Positions 26,962 through 37,735 are shown, counted from the first letter of the stretch. The stretch is 64,000 nt of DNA from Candidatus Heimdallarchaeota archaeon (GCA_020353515.1 CP070695.1:3488050-3552049); one strand, 5' to 3'. Translations and numbers: made by a program. Notes: generated by a model from the sequence alone, not told the origin.

Positions 26962-28683
26962 TTACTCTGGTAAATTACATCCTTCCAACCAAATACCAGC
27001 TAGTGTTTCAAAATCAGGGGGCTCTAAGTTAATCTCTCTGTCAACAACAATGTCAAGAATTGCTGGGACTTCCGATTTGAACGCTCTTTCTAAAGCGGGT
27101 TGAATATCCTCTGGTTGGGTGACACGGACTCCAAAACACCCCATTGCTTCGGCCAGCTTGTCATATCTAACATCAAAAAAGTCAACACCAATATACCGTT
27201 GTTTGTAAACCATTTTTTGACCTGCTTTAATCATTCCATATGCCTGATCATTCATGACGATAATAACAACAGGAAGTTTTAATCGTCGTGCTGTTTCCAA
27301 TTCTTGGACATTGAACATAAATGACCCATCACCCATTATAGCATAAACTTGTTTATCAGGCTTTGCTAATTGCGCACCAATCGCATAGCCAATTCCTACT
27401 CCAAGGTGTCCTGAATCACTTGGCCATAAGAATGTATTCGGTTCATAAATTCTATTTAAATAATGAGCCCAGACTCCTGTGTTCCCTCCATCGACAATGG
27501 AAATCGCATCACGAGGGAAAAAGTCCCTAACCTCCTTTATAACCCTGAGAGGGTGAATAGGTACTTGGTTAGATTTTCCTTGTTTTAGAAAATCAGCTAA
27601 CCAAGTTTCTTGAGCACCATGACATTCTACAAGCCACTCTGAAGGACTGCGTTTAGAAATTCGCGTTTTTATTGATTTTAAAAGAAAATCGGTTGTACTT
27701 TTTGCATCACCAATAAGACCTAATCCAACTTGCCGATTTAATCCAATTACTTCAGGGTCAATGTCAATCTGAATAACCATTTGTGACTCTGATTCGCCCC
27801 AGAAAGGTGGGCGAGCCCAGAAATCTAAATCACCAAACCGACCCCCTATTAATAGAATTAGATCAGCGCCAGATTGAGCTGCAATCGCACCGTAACCCGC
27901 AGGTAACAATAATAGGGGATGATCATCTGGTAAAACACCACGAGCAAATACTGTATTAGTCACTGGACATTGTAAATATTCTGCAAGTTGTTTAATTTCT
28001 TCGCTAGCATTTGCACGTAGGGCTCCTCCTCCTACATGAATTAATGGATATTCTGCCTTTACTATTAAATCAGCTGCTTTTTCAATTAGCGCAGGTGACG
28101 CTACAGGATTAACTAAGCACCTATAATTTTCAGGTTTACAAACTGGCATCGTTAGTTCGGAGATATCATTTTTTTCAAATAAAACATCAGAGGGAACATC
28201 AAGTAAAACGGGACCAGGTTTCCCAGAAGTCGCTGCACGAAAAGCCCAGTGGACCAAGCTTGGAATTCGCCTCCAAGGGGAAACTACTGCTTGCCACTTT
28301 GTAATAGGTTTGAATAAATTAATTTGATCGAGATCCTGAGTCATTCCATGCCCAGGATAGATATTCCATGTTTGATTTTGAGCAGTAATCACAATCATGG
28401 GAATAGAGTCAGCGAATGCAGTATATACTCCAGGAACTAAATCAGCAGCACCTGGACCAACAGTTCCTAAACACACACTCGGTTCATTTGTAACTCGTGT
28501 CCATGCATCAGCGGCATTAGCGCTTGATTGCTCGTGTCGAAATGTAATGAAATCAATAGAATCCTCTTGATAGATTGCGTCAAGAATTGGATAAAGTTGA
28601 TCACCTGGGATTCCAAATACAAATTTGACCCCTTCTTGTTTAAGACAGTTGATTATTAGCTCCCCACCAGTCATTTGGACCAT
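26962..28683 (-). CDS. Thiamine-diphosphate enzyme, acetolactate synthase / 2-hydroxyacyl-CoA lyase-like
   Basis: FGIPG, FRHEQ, GPG, GKPGPVLLDVP, GDGSFMF...NDQAYG. Confidence 0.88.
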   Translation of the reverse strand: MVQMTGGELIINCLKQEGVKFVFGIPGDQLYPILDAIYQEDSIDFITFRHEQSSANAADAWTRVTNEPSVCLGTVGPGAADLVPGVYTAFADSIPMIVITAQNQTWNIYPGHGMTQDLDQINLFKPITKWQAVVSPWRRIPSLVHWAFRAATSGKPGPVLLDVPSDVLFEKNDISELTMPVCKPENYRCLVNPVASPALIEKAADLIVKAEYPLIHVGGGALRANASEEIKQLAEYLQCPVTNTVFARGVLPDDHPLLLLPAGYGAIAAQSGADLILLIGGRFGDLDFWARPPFWGESESQMVIQIDIDPEVIGLNRQVGLGLIGDAKSTTDFLLKSIKTRISKRSPSEWLVECHGAQETWLADFLKQGKSNQVPIHPLRVIKEVRDFFPRDAISIVDGGNTGVWAHYLNRIYEPNTFLWPSDSGHLGVGIGYAIGAQLAKPDKQVYAIMGDGSFMFNVQELETARRLKLPVVIIVMNDQAYGMIKAGQKMVYKQRYIGVDFFDVRYDKLAEAMGCFGVRVTQPEDIQPALERAFKSEVPAILDIVVDREINLEPPDFETLAGIWLEGCNLPE

Positions 28684-28832
28684 GAATTAAATCACACCTA
28701 TAATGATTTCACAGAAATCTCATTTTCTAAGGAATAGAGTAATTCTCAAAGCGTTAAATTGGATGTTATCTCGAAAATTAAATACCTATCCGAATGGTTA
28801 ATAAATTACTGAACTGAAAAAAGAATGAAAAA

Positions 28833-29396
28833 ATGTCTAAAGGTAATCTTACTATATCTGAAATGAGAGAAGCTGATCACCAATTCCTTCTTGACATTTG
28901 GCATATACCTCAAGTGATGCAATATGCTGACGAATTTCCTCGATTAAGAGGTTGGTCAAAATCCGATGATTTTCATGTAGCTTGGAGTGTTTATCAGCGT
29001 AAACGTGTTAAGTTAGGAAAAAATTACACACAATTGATTTTATGGTTTGATGAAAATACTCCTATTGGTGAATCCTTTTTTGCTCCCCTTAATGAAGGGT
29101 ATAAATTTGGTAAATGGGAAAAACCCGACAATGTGATATCTCTTATGGGTGATATCAAACTTTTACCACAATATTGGGGACGAGGTTTAGGCTCGAAAGG
29201 AATAAAGTTGGTAATACGCTTTGTTTTTACTAAAACAAGTTGTGAACTCTTTGTAGTACCCCCCCATAGATTAAATCCTGCAGCAAGCCGCGTTTATGAT
29301 AAAGTAGGATTTATTCCTTTTACTGGTATGAGATCTTGGCGAAATCATAAAATTATGGAAATGACTAGAAAAAGGTACAATGAAATTTATAAGTAA
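28833..29396 (+). CDS. GNAT (RimJ/RimL-like) acetyltransferase
   Basis: PQYWGRGLG, N.AASRVYDKVGF. Confidence 0.8.
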   Translation: MSKGNLTISEMREADHQFLLDIWHIPQVMQYADEFPRLRGWSKSDDFHVAWSVYQRKRVKLGKNYTQLILWFDENTPIGESFFAPLNEGYKFGKWEKPDNVISLMGDIKLLPQYWGRGLGSKGIKLVIRFVFTKTSCELFVVPPHRLNPAASRVYDKVGFIPFTGMRSWRNHKIMEMTRKRYNEIYK

Positions 29397-29425
29397 AAGG
29401 AATTGTATTTTGGTATAAATTTACG

Positions 29426-29929
29426 CTAAATGGAATAGCCATGGATACTCTCAAGTTCACTGAGAAAATATTTTTTGTCTTCATCTTTCTTGATTTTTTC
29501 GCCTGCTTCCTTTGCTAAGGTAATATATTTCTGGAATTCAGTTTCCTTATCCAGGACTATTGCATAAGCTCTTGCCAGAGCTTCGTATGCAAAAGCGATG
29601 TCAAAATCACCAATATTATTTTCTTCACAGATTTGAAGACACCTCTTGGCATGATATTCAGCAGCATTGGGTCTTTTTAAGATCGAATACACACGTGAGA
29701 TTTGCCAGTCACCCCGTTCAAGATTCATAGGCCCAGTTTTAGGATATTTACCAGAGGAAACCACAATTCCCCAATGATATCGTGATGCATGAGCAGAATG
29801 AATCATTTCGTCATCCTCATCGGGATTTCGATCCTTTTTGTCTAATAAATCCCATGTATGATTAAATAATTGAGCGGCCATTTTTCTATGCCACTCTAAT
29901 TCAGTTAATTTTTCTTTTGTTTCAGACAT
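29426..29929 (-). CDS. Hypothetical helical protein
   Basis: Protein-like 167-aa ORF (FNHTWDLLDK, AHASRYHW, AFAYEALARA); SD GGAG upstream. Confidence 0.7.
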   Translation of the reverse strand: MSETKEKLTELEWHRKMAAQLFNHTWDLLDKKDRNPDEDDEMIHSAHASRYHWGIVVSSGKYPKTGPMNLERGDWQISRVYSILKRPNAAEYHAKRCLQICEENNIGDFDIAFAYEALARAYAIVLDKETEFQKYITLAKEAGEKIKKDEDKKYFLSELESIHGYSI

Positions 29930-30079
29930 ACTTCTATCTCCAGTTGTTCACCCTTCGTATCAGAAAAAGTATCGGGTAATGTTTGAGATACTATAACCAA
30001 TGTTTAACTAAAAATAAATTTATCACGAAATCGAAAATAGTCTGAATATTATTGAAAAAGAATTTTACGTTGATTAAAC

Positions 30080-30838
30080 CTAACTCTCACAAACGAAGAT
30101 CATGTCTACTGAATCAGATGATTGAAAGATATTTTTCTGATAATCCCCAAATACTTTAATATTCGTGAAATCAAATTTTTTTAATAGGGATATCATTTTA
30201 CTTTGATTTATGCGAAGGATATTGGCTTTACCAGTTGAAGTCATCTCCCACTTGGTGGCCTCCTTTGGTCTATAAAGAGTAAGAATCTCAGGGTGAACAA
30301 ATTTCTCTGAAGTTGAAAATCCTCGTAAAAATATGTATTCCCCTTCTGTTGTATTGATAGAACGAGGAGCTGACCATCCTGAACGTTCTTTACTTGTGTT
30401 AAGTAAATGAAAAATTAAAAGGCCTTTTGGTTTTCTTAATAGCTGAGCAAACCGTTTTATTATTCCCTCAAAATCAGATGATGCAGACATTAATCCTACA
30501 GAGTTCCCTAGGCTAATAATAGCATCGAACACTCGTTGGTTAAAAATTTTAAGGTCTAAGAAGTCGTGAACAAGCATCTCGGTTTCTGGTAATCTCGTTT
30601 TGGCCTCTTCTATCATAGTTTTCTCAATGTCAATACCAGTAACTTGATACCCCAATTTTTTGTGTAATATTTCTGCATGACGACCCGTACCACAGCCTAC
30701 TTCTAAAATTGTTCTAATTGGTGGTTGAAAATTAGTAAGAAAATATGATAAGAATGGAATTTCAGTTAATAATCTTTTTTCCCAATCAACTAATAGGTCA
30801 TAATGTTTTCCACCTGATAATAATGATGATTTTTCCAA
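30080..30838 (-). CDS. Class I SAM-dependent methyltransferase
   Basis: ILEVGCGTGRH, VTGIDI, FDAIISLGNS. Confidence 0.85.
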   Translation of the reverse strand: MEKSSLLSGGKHYDLLVDWEKRLLTEIPFLSYFLTNFQPPIRTILEVGCGTGRHAEILHKKLGYQVTGIDIEKTMIEEAKTRLPETEMLVHDFLDLKIFNQRVFDAIISLGNSVGLMSASSDFEGIIKRFAQLLRKPKGLLIFHLLNTSKERSGWSAPRSINTTEGEYIFLRGFSTSEKFVHPEILTLYRPKEATKWEMTSTGKANILRINQSKMISLLKKFDFTNIKVFGDYQKNIFQSSDSVDMIFVCES

Positions 30839-31024
30839 AGTGTAACCGTCCGTTATTTTTAGTCGTGGCCTAAAACAAGCTAGGATTTATAGTAGGACAT
30901 ATTATTTGTATTGGTTTGATTTCTGTAAGTTACAAACACTAATTAAAATTCAAATATTCTGAAGAATCTTCATTATTTACCCTAATTATACTATGAAGTT
31001 ACTTTTTATGTGAGTCTGAGTTAA

Positions 31025-31810
31025 ATGACAAAAAAATTTCTGAATGTTGCAATCGAGGCCTCGCAAAAGGCTGGCAAGTTAATCATTGATCTGTTTTACA
31101 AAGACATAGAGATTACAACTAAACCTGATCAAAGTATTATAACGGAAGCTGACTTAAAAGCTGATACCATAATAAGAAGTATTATTTATGAGAATTTTCC
31201 TTCTCATGACGTTCTCTCAGAGGAAAGTGGAAGAAGTAACCATTCTTCAGAGTATCTATGGATTATTGATCCACTAGATGGCTCAACGAATTTTTCTGTT
31301 CGGAATCCATTTATTGCAGTTTCTATCGGATTACTGAGAAGAGATCACCCTCTTTTAGGAGTAGTGTACTCTCCATTTCAGGATGAACTTTTTAGGGCAG
31401 AAATCAACAGAGGAGCTTTTTTAAATAACAAGCCCATCTCAGTTGATGAGAAAGTAGCATTTGAGAATGCATTTTTGGCGTTTGACAACGGACGAGATTT
31501 ACATTCGCGAAACAAAATGATACAAATATATAAGAGGCTTAAGGCTCGAAATAACAAAGTGCGGCAGGTAGGAGCAGCAGCTCTTGAGTTATGTTATGTT
31601 GCTTCGGGACGTTTTGGCGCTTTTATAGCACCTGGTTTGAACTCTTGGGATATACTTGCGGGGGAGCTTATTGTAAAAGAAGCTAATGGATTAACAACTG
31701 ATTTTCAAAATAACTCATTTACTTTAACATCTTCAAATATCATTGCTTCTTCTCATTCCCTTCATCCAATTTTGTTAGATATTGTAAAAGATCTGCCAAG
31801 AAAAGATTAA
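31025..31810 (+). CDS. suhB: Inositol monophosphatase / FBPase family
   Basis: TEAD, SEE, WIIDPLDGSTNF, GAAALEL, WDILAG. Confidence 0.9.
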   Translation: MTKKFLNVAIEASQKAGKLIIDLFYKDIEITTKPDQSIITEADLKADTIIRSIIYENFPSHDVLSEESGRSNHSSEYLWIIDPLDGSTNFSVRNPFIAVSIGLLRRDHPLLGVVYSPFQDELFRAEINRGAFLNNKPISVDEKVAFENAFLAFDNGRDLHSRNKMIQIYKRLKARNNKVRQVGAAALELCYVASGRFGAFIAPGLNSWDILAGELIVKEANGLTTDFQNNSFTLTSSNIIASSHSLHPILLDIVKDLPRKD

Positions 31811-32088
31811 GTTTTATGAAGAGATGAATATTAATTATCAAAATACTTTAATGATAATTCTGAAACATTTTCAATATACTTGAGTCCTTTACTCATAAAT
31901 TTACTAGAAAAAATCAAAAAAGAGTTTTTTCTAATGCTTTTAGATTAGTAGCAATGCAGGTCTTGGGTAATACGTGGTTAGTACGTTCTCTTATAAGTTC
32001 TCTTAGAAGACGGGAAAAATATAAGCCGACAATATTATTAAAGACCTACTCATTGTAATTTAGCAAAGGCTTTTGGTTAATTACGCTG

Positions 32089-32430
32089 GTGTGTGGCCTT
32101 CTTATGTATTGGGATTCGTTTTTCAGACAATTAAATTCTGAAAATTCGAAAAAGGAAAAATCTTTTCTATGCATTTGTCGTGATCCTGGGAAGGGGGGGT
32201 TAATTCATGAACCAGGCAGAAGATTACGTTTCGTTGGCCAATGTTCTCAAGATAAAGCGTGCTTTAAGATTCGTTTTGATTCTAAGCGAAGCCTTTCCAG
32301 AAAGTTACAGATCGTTTCTAAACCAAAAAAGAGGAAGGAAGAGGAGAGAAAAGACATACGTCTTACATTGGATGCATTTCTAAGTCCTTCTTATAGTCTC
32401 TTAGATCCTAAAGAGGACGCAGCTGAATAG
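32089..32430 (+). CDS. Small basic hypothetical protein
   Basis: Fills an intergenic gap and ends 8 nt from the convergent thiolase; no recognised family. Confidence 0.45.
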   Translation: MCGLLMYWDSFFRQLNSENSKKEKSFLCICRDPGKGGLIHEPGRRLRFVGQCSQDKACFKIRFDSKRSLSRKLQIVSKPKKRKEEERKDIRLTLDAFLSPSYSLLDPKEDAAE

Positions 32431-32438
32431 AAGGATCT

Positions 32439-33635
32439 TCACACATCACGAGATAATAAAAGAGACATACCCAATCCACCCCCTCCACATAATGTGCTAA
32501 GCCCTAGGGAGATTTGACGCTTTTGCATTTCATGGAGTAATGTCACTACTATTCGTGTTCCTGTACACCCTACCGGGTGTCCTAATCCTATACCTGAACC
32601 GTTAACATTCGTGATGCTTCGATCTAAGTTTAGTTCCCTCTCTGCGGCTAAATAAGTTGCAGCGAAAGCTTCGTTAACTTCGATCAGCGAGACATCATCA
32701 AGAGTGTATTCTGTTATCTTAGAAAACAGATTATTTGTTGCAGGTATCGGGCCTAATCCCATTCGATCTGGTTCAACACCACCAATCCCATATCCAACAA
32801 TCTTAGCTAAAGGGATGATCCCAAGCTCATCTGCTTTTGTCTGACTCATAATTATTACTGCAGCTGCTCCATCATTGATACCCGAAGAATTTCCTGCCGT
32901 TACAACTCCACCATTGGGTTTAAAAACTGGTTTCATTTTTGCTAAATCTTCTAGTGAGTATTCACGTGGATGTTCATCAGTGTCAAAGTTATGTAAACCT
33001 GTTCTAGTTTTCAATTCAATAGGGACTATCTCATCCTTAAATCGTCCTGTTTTATTTGCTTTGATAGCATTAGTGTGAGATCGTAAAGCAACTTCATCTA
33101 ATTCTTCACGTTTAAGCTTAAACTCTTCAGCAAGGATTTCAGCAGTCATACCCATTAATTTATCTCCGCCTGCTTTTAATCCTTCCATAACACCATCCAC
33201 CATTTTTTTATCAAAGTATCTAGAACCCCAACGCATATCATAGGAGAGGTACGGTATTGTTGACATGCTTTCAACTCCTCCAGCTAAAATTGTTTCGCAC
33301 TTGTCTTCTGCTTGAATTTGGTGCATACCAGATACAATAGCCTCCATCGCTGATGTACACACACGATTCATCGTGACAGCGGGAACTTCTTTCGGGATAC
33401 TAGCTCTTAAAGCTGCGATCCTTGTCACATTCATGTATCGATTATCCTCAACACAACAACCAAATCGTACATCATTTATTTGATTCACTAAATTTGGGAT
33501 TTCTACACGATCAATTGTTGCTTTCATTGCTACTGCTGCTAAATCAGGTGCATGAAGATCTTTTAATGCTCCCCCAAAGTCGCCAATGGCGGTTCTAACT
33601 GCAGAAACGATTACAACATCATCTAACTGGGTCAT
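32439..33635 (-). CDS. Acetyl-CoA C-acyltransferase (thiolase)
   Basis: NRVCTSAM, GGVESMS, TAGNSSGINDGAAA, NEAFA, GHPVG, LCGGGG. Confidence 0.93.
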   Translation of the reverse strand: MTQLDDVVIVSAVRTAIGDFGGALKDLHAPDLAAVAMKATIDRVEIPNLVNQINDVRFGCCVEDNRYMNVTRIAALRASIPKEVPAVTMNRVCTSAMEAIVSGMHQIQAEDKCETILAGGVESMSTIPYLSYDMRWGSRYFDKKMVDGVMEGLKAGGDKLMGMTAEILAEEFKLKREELDEVALRSHTNAIKANKTGRFKDEIVPIELKTRTGLHNFDTDEHPREYSLEDLAKMKPVFKPNGGVVTAGNSSGINDGAAAVIIMSQTKADELGIIPLAKIVGYGIGGVEPDRMGLGPIPATNNLFSKITEYTLDDVSLIEVNEAFAATYLAAERELNLDRSITNVNGSGIGLGHPVGCTGTRIVVTLLHEMQKRQISLGLSTLCGGGGLGMSLLLSRDV

Positions 33636-33695
33636 TTTAGCATCAAATCCTTTAGATTAAAAAAGGAGGATAGCGATTCTATGTATTGACAATCG

Positions 33696-34136
33696 CTATG
33701 TTCGTGATTTATTAGTAATTGAAAGTAAGACTGCGATCGTTGGAGCTAAAGCCAAGGGTAGAGCAAAAAAGAATTGATCTAACCATTGATCTAAATCGAT
33801 TACTACAGTACCACCTTCAAGTAATGGCTTTATCAGCCAGGCAATGACTATGGCAAAACTTGCAATTATCCATAGAATAAAGAACATCAAACTTAATAAT
33901 CCAACTCTTTCTCCTTCTTCAATCCAGCGGGTAGAACCCCAACCTGACAAAAATGTGACTATAAACCATGCAATAGCAAAAACTAATAATACGGTGCGTG
34001 CTGGTGTTAGTAAATCGATACCTAGCTGGGTAAATACATCTGATAGAATATCAGATATAATTAGCGATAGGAGATATCCAAGAATGACGAAAACAAATGT
34101 TGAAACGTAAACAGCCATTTTTTCTGAACCTTTCAT
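33696..34136 (-). CDS. Hypothetical membrane protein (~4 TM)
   Basis: Four hydrophobic stretches. Confidence 0.7.
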   Translation of the reverse strand: MKGSEKMAVYVSTFVFVILGYLLSLIISDILSDVFTQLGIDLLTPARTVLLVFAIAWFIVTFLSGWGSTRWIEEGERVGLLSLMFFILWIIASFAIVIAWLIKPLLEGGTVVIDLDQWLDQFFFALPLALAPTIAVLLSITNKSRT

Positions 34137-34514
34137 TATAATTCAACCTTCGATGAATTCATTACTACGTTAATTTAATGTAAAACGCTCGTAAGTAATG
34201 GCATTTATTAATATTCCTCCATTTTTCCAAGAAACTATTTTCTAATAGAAATATCTAAATTATTTAGAACTAGAAACATTTCCAAATTAACGGTAAAATT
34301 AGAAATTAATCAAGATGTTGACGAGTTATCTGTTCCATTCTGATTAAACCAAATTAGTTTAAAATTAACAAAGATCAAAAGGGCCTTATAGTCACTGAAT
34401 AATTTTCAGGGCATTGAATAATTATTTCACTATATTAAGGATAATTTTTAAGGAGCAAAAGCTTAAAGTGGAATACAGCGTATTTCATAAGAAGCTAGAA
34501 TTTTGGTGTAAGGA

Positions 34515-34904
34515 ATGCTAGAAGACGACGCTGAGATCATGGATCGTTTGCAGCAAATTGAACGAATACTTCGGGAGGTTCAAAGCAGAATTCCTGATCT
34601 TGAAGGATTAGCAGTAGTTACTAGAGATGGCCTCCCAATTGCTAGTGCACTCTACACCAACACTGATGAAGATCGAATTTCTGCTATGACTGCAGCAAGT
34701 CTTTCTCTTTCTGAACGTGTTGTATTAGAATTAGAGAGGGGAATAATGGAACAACTAATCATAACAGGCTCAAATGGCCTCGTAATAATTCGTGATGCTG
34801 GTGAGCATGCAGTTTTAGTAGGGATTGCACGAGTTGATGCAAAATTAGGATTAGTTTTACTTGACATGAAAAGAGCTGCTAAGAAACTTTCTTCAATGAT
34901 CTAA
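34515..34904 (+). CDS. Roadblock/LC7 (MglB-like) protein
   Basis: AVVTRDGLPIAS, DRISAMTAA.LSL.ER...EL.RG.MEQ.II.G.NG, LGLV.LD. Confidence 0.92.
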   Translation: MLEDDAEIMDRLQQIERILREVQSRIPDLEGLAVVTRDGLPIASALYTNTDEDRISAMTAASLSLSERVVLELERGIMEQLIITGSNGLVIIRDAGEHAVLVGIARVDAKLGLVLLDMKRAAKKLSSMI

Positions 34905-34934
34905 TACCTTAATCTATTCTCCTATTCTGTTTTT

Positions 34935-36101
34935 TCAACTATTTACGTCTAGGCTGTGACTTTCCATGCTAGGATGTTCAGGGATACCTAGGTTTTTTGC
35001 TAACTGTGCAATACAAGATTCAAAAGTAATAGAAGTTGCATATTCAAATTTGGGGAAATACATCTCATATTTAGTTAATTGAAGATTTTCCAGTATTGTT
35101 TTTAGGTTTCTCCCAGATATGACAAGAAATTCATCTGATTTCTTTGCAATTTGGGATTGAGAAGAGGAAGTAATACTAAATACCTTCAGTTGACTCATTT
35201 TTGCATTTTCTATCATTTTTAGCATCATTGAAGAAGTACCACTCCCAGATAATGTTATTAGTAAGTCTCCTTCACGACGGAATCGCCAATCATTTATCGA
35301 AAGAACTTTCATTCCTAATGATTGAAGCCTCAATGAACTCATTGTGGCTACAATGCTATTTATCCCATTACCATAAAAGAAAACTTTGGAATCCGGCTTG
35401 AAGCAATAATCACTTAAAAACTCCATGAGTGTAGTAAGTCTTGGGTTATGTTCTAAATCGTTGAATGTATTTTCTGCTGACCTTAAAATCTCAGTAGTAG
35501 CTTCATTAAAGCCTTTGGTACATGAACCTTTATGGACACCATTAATGACTCCAAAACCTGTTATCATTGCAGTTAATTCAAAAATGGTTCCTAAAGGAGA
35601 TAATGGATCATGTTCTCTTGTGAATAGACTAATATGATCCTGTGGATGATATCCCATAGGACATTGAATTACTCCATCAGATAATTTAGCTGCCTTGGAA
35701 TCTAATGCTCCTGTAAATGTTAAGACTATACTTTTTTTCCGAACGACCTCCTCGAGAACCATAGTTGTAAGTTTAGTCCACCCAGAACCAGTGATAGCGA
35801 TGACGACATCATTTTTCTTAACAGGTTGGATGATATTTTCTCCAAGATAAAATACTCTGCTTGAAAATCCGATATTTTTTAGACATTCACCAAGAATCAT
35901 TCCAATCAATCGTGATCGACCTACTCCTACAATATGAATCAGTTTATCCTTATTTTCAAGAGCATCAGAGAGAGTTTGACAAAAAATCGCGAGGTGATGA
36001 GGATCTTGATTAATTGTATTAACTGAGCGTTGAGCTGTACGCATCAATAATAGATAAGCTGATTTGAAAGCGGAAATATCACTTTTATGAGAACTATTCA
36101 T
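34935..36101 (-). CDS. Tandem double-SIS sugar-phosphate isomerase (6-phospho-3-hexuloisomerase-like)
   Basis: Two Phi-like halves: GVGRS...ITGSG...SPLGTIFE and YGNGINS...LSGSGTS...PKFE. Confidence 0.8.
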   Translation of the reverse strand: MNSSHKSDISAFKSAYLLLMRTAQRSVNTINQDPHHLAIFCQTLSDALENKDKLIHIVGVGRSRLIGMILGECLKNIGFSSRVFYLGENIIQPVKKNDVVIAITGSGWTKLTTMVLEEVVRKKSIVLTFTGALDSKAAKLSDGVIQCPMGYHPQDHISLFTREHDPLSPLGTIFELTAMITGFGVINGVHKGSCTKGFNEATTEILRSAENTFNDLEHNPRLTTLMEFLSDYCFKPDSKVFFYGNGINSIVATMSSLRLQSLGMKVLSINDWRFRREGDLLITLSGSGTSSMMLKMIENAKMSQLKVFSITSSSQSQIAKKSDEFLVISGRNLKTILENLQLTKYEMYFPKFEYATSITFESCIAQLAKNLGIPEHPSMESHSLDVNS

Positions 36102-36146
36102 TTTCTTCTACACACATGAAATATGGTTCAGTTGAAGCACTACTCA

Positions 36147-37445
36147 TCAAACCACACGCTCTAGGAGCACTGATTCAATTATAACTGGTCTCAATTTAGC
36201 AATCAATCCCCTAACTTCATTGAGCGCGGATTCAGAAGATGTATAAACCCGAAAAACTACCTCTCCTTTCCGAACAGATTCTTTCTTAGCTAAAATCTCT
36301 ATCCCTGCACAAGGATCGCTAGGAGCTCCTGCAGCTCTAGCAACTTCCTTCAACGCATAATTCGACCAGGTGTGAGGCCACCCATCACTGGGAGCTTTAT
36401 ATTCTAAAACAGGACGATTTTCTAGTTTTTGGTTAAGGCTTTCTGGGGTTACGCTTGGATCTCCACCTTGAGCTTCAATAATTTCTTGCATTTTAGCTAA
36501 GGCTTTGCCGCCATTCAATAACTCACCTGCATATTGTTTACCAAAACCTCGGGGAGTCATTCCAGCCATTTCAAACACAATACCAGCCAGTTCACAGCTT
36601 TTTTCAATTAAAGATGTTGGACCCTTTCCCTCCAGAGCTTCAAGGGCTTCCCGAGCTTCAAGTAGTGGACCAATAGTGTGACCAACTGGAACCGCTGCAT
36701 ACGTTAATGCCGCTTCTGTTTTGATACCTAAGCGATCTGCAAGATCTACAAATTTTCTAGCTAATACACGCCCTTCCTCTTCTGTAGCTACCTTTTCAGT
36801 TCCAATAGGAACATCTAAAACGAGAAAGTCAACCCCCATTGCTATTTTTTTGGCAAGAATCCCTGCAAAAATAAGACTAATAGGATCAATACCTAGAGGA
36901 AATGCCGCATCTTGAATAATTTTATCAACAACTGGAGCTATACCCATTTCATTCCCAGTTACTATACATCCTTTTGTCTCATTAACAATCTCAATTACCT
37001 TCTCAGCTTTAATTTCAACTGGGGCTAGAACACCCATTGTATCTGCAGTTCCACTAGCAGATGTGATCGCATGTGTGGATGTTTTCGGAATTAATAGACC
37101 AGCTGCTGCTAAGATAGGAACAATTAATAAAGTGATTTTATTGCCCGGAACACCTCCGAGACTATGTTTAGCGAACGTAGGCCCAGTAAAATCGAAGATT
37201 CTTCCTGATTCAGCAAAAGATCTTGCCATAACTTCAATTTCATCAAGAGAGTATTTTGTGAAATGTTGTGATAGTACAAAAGCAGATCCGTGATGACTTG
37301 AAATGTTTGAATCCATAAATCCTTGAGTAATTTGGTCAATGTCCTCTTTATCGAAAATTGTAGTACTATCTTTCACTTTATTGATTATTAGTCTATGAGC
37401 GCTCGAATCATATGACTGCTTTAAATCTTTAACGTTTGAAATCAT
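36147..37445 (-). CDS. deoA: AMP/NMP phosphorylase paralog 2 (lacks N-terminal domain)
   Basis: KHSLGGVPGNK, PKTSTHAITSASGTAD, IGPLLEAREAL, AQGG; ATG 37445 with SD GAGGTG. Confidence 0.85.
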   Translation of the reverse strand: MISNVKDLKQSYDSSAHRLIINKVKDSTTIFDKEDIDQITQGFMDSNISSHHGSAFVLSQHFTKYSLDEIEVMARSFAESGRIFDFTGPTFAKHSLGGVPGNKITLLIVPILAAAGLLIPKTSTHAITSASGTADTMGVLAPVEIKAEKVIEIVNETKGCIVTGNEMGIAPVVDKIIQDAAFPLGIDPISLIFAGILAKKIAMGVDFLVLDVPIGTEKVATEEEGRVLARKFVDLADRLGIKTEAALTYAAVPVGHTIGPLLEAREALEALEGKGPTSLIEKSCELAGIVFEMAGMTPRGFGKQYAGELLNGGKALAKMQEIIEAQGGDPSVTPESLNQKLENRPVLEYKAPSDGWPHTWSNYALKEVARAAGAPSDPCAGIEILAKKESVRKGEVVFRVYTSSESALNEVRGLIAKLRPVIIESVLLERVV

Positions 37446-37735
37446 CTTATGACACCTCTCAATCCTTACAAATAAATTCAATAGCATAATTTCAACATTT
37501 AATTCAAATAATATCTGAAAGGATATTCGTTGGGTTTCAAATAAATCTATTCAGACTGTAGGTTTATTATTAAACCATCCCCACATTTATTTAAATGTAT
37601 ATATACTAAGAAAAATGATTTACAAAAGAATAGACCTTATTTCTGTACGAAATGCTTCGGAAAAACTGTATCGATGTCAACGTGTTTTGCTTAAAGTGAA
37701 GAATAGCTTAAAAAATCCCCAAGTCCTAATCAGGA

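Noticed and set aside
37446-37487. Longer start for AMP phosphorylase paralog 2
   Set aside because: SD GAGGTG supports ATG 37445.
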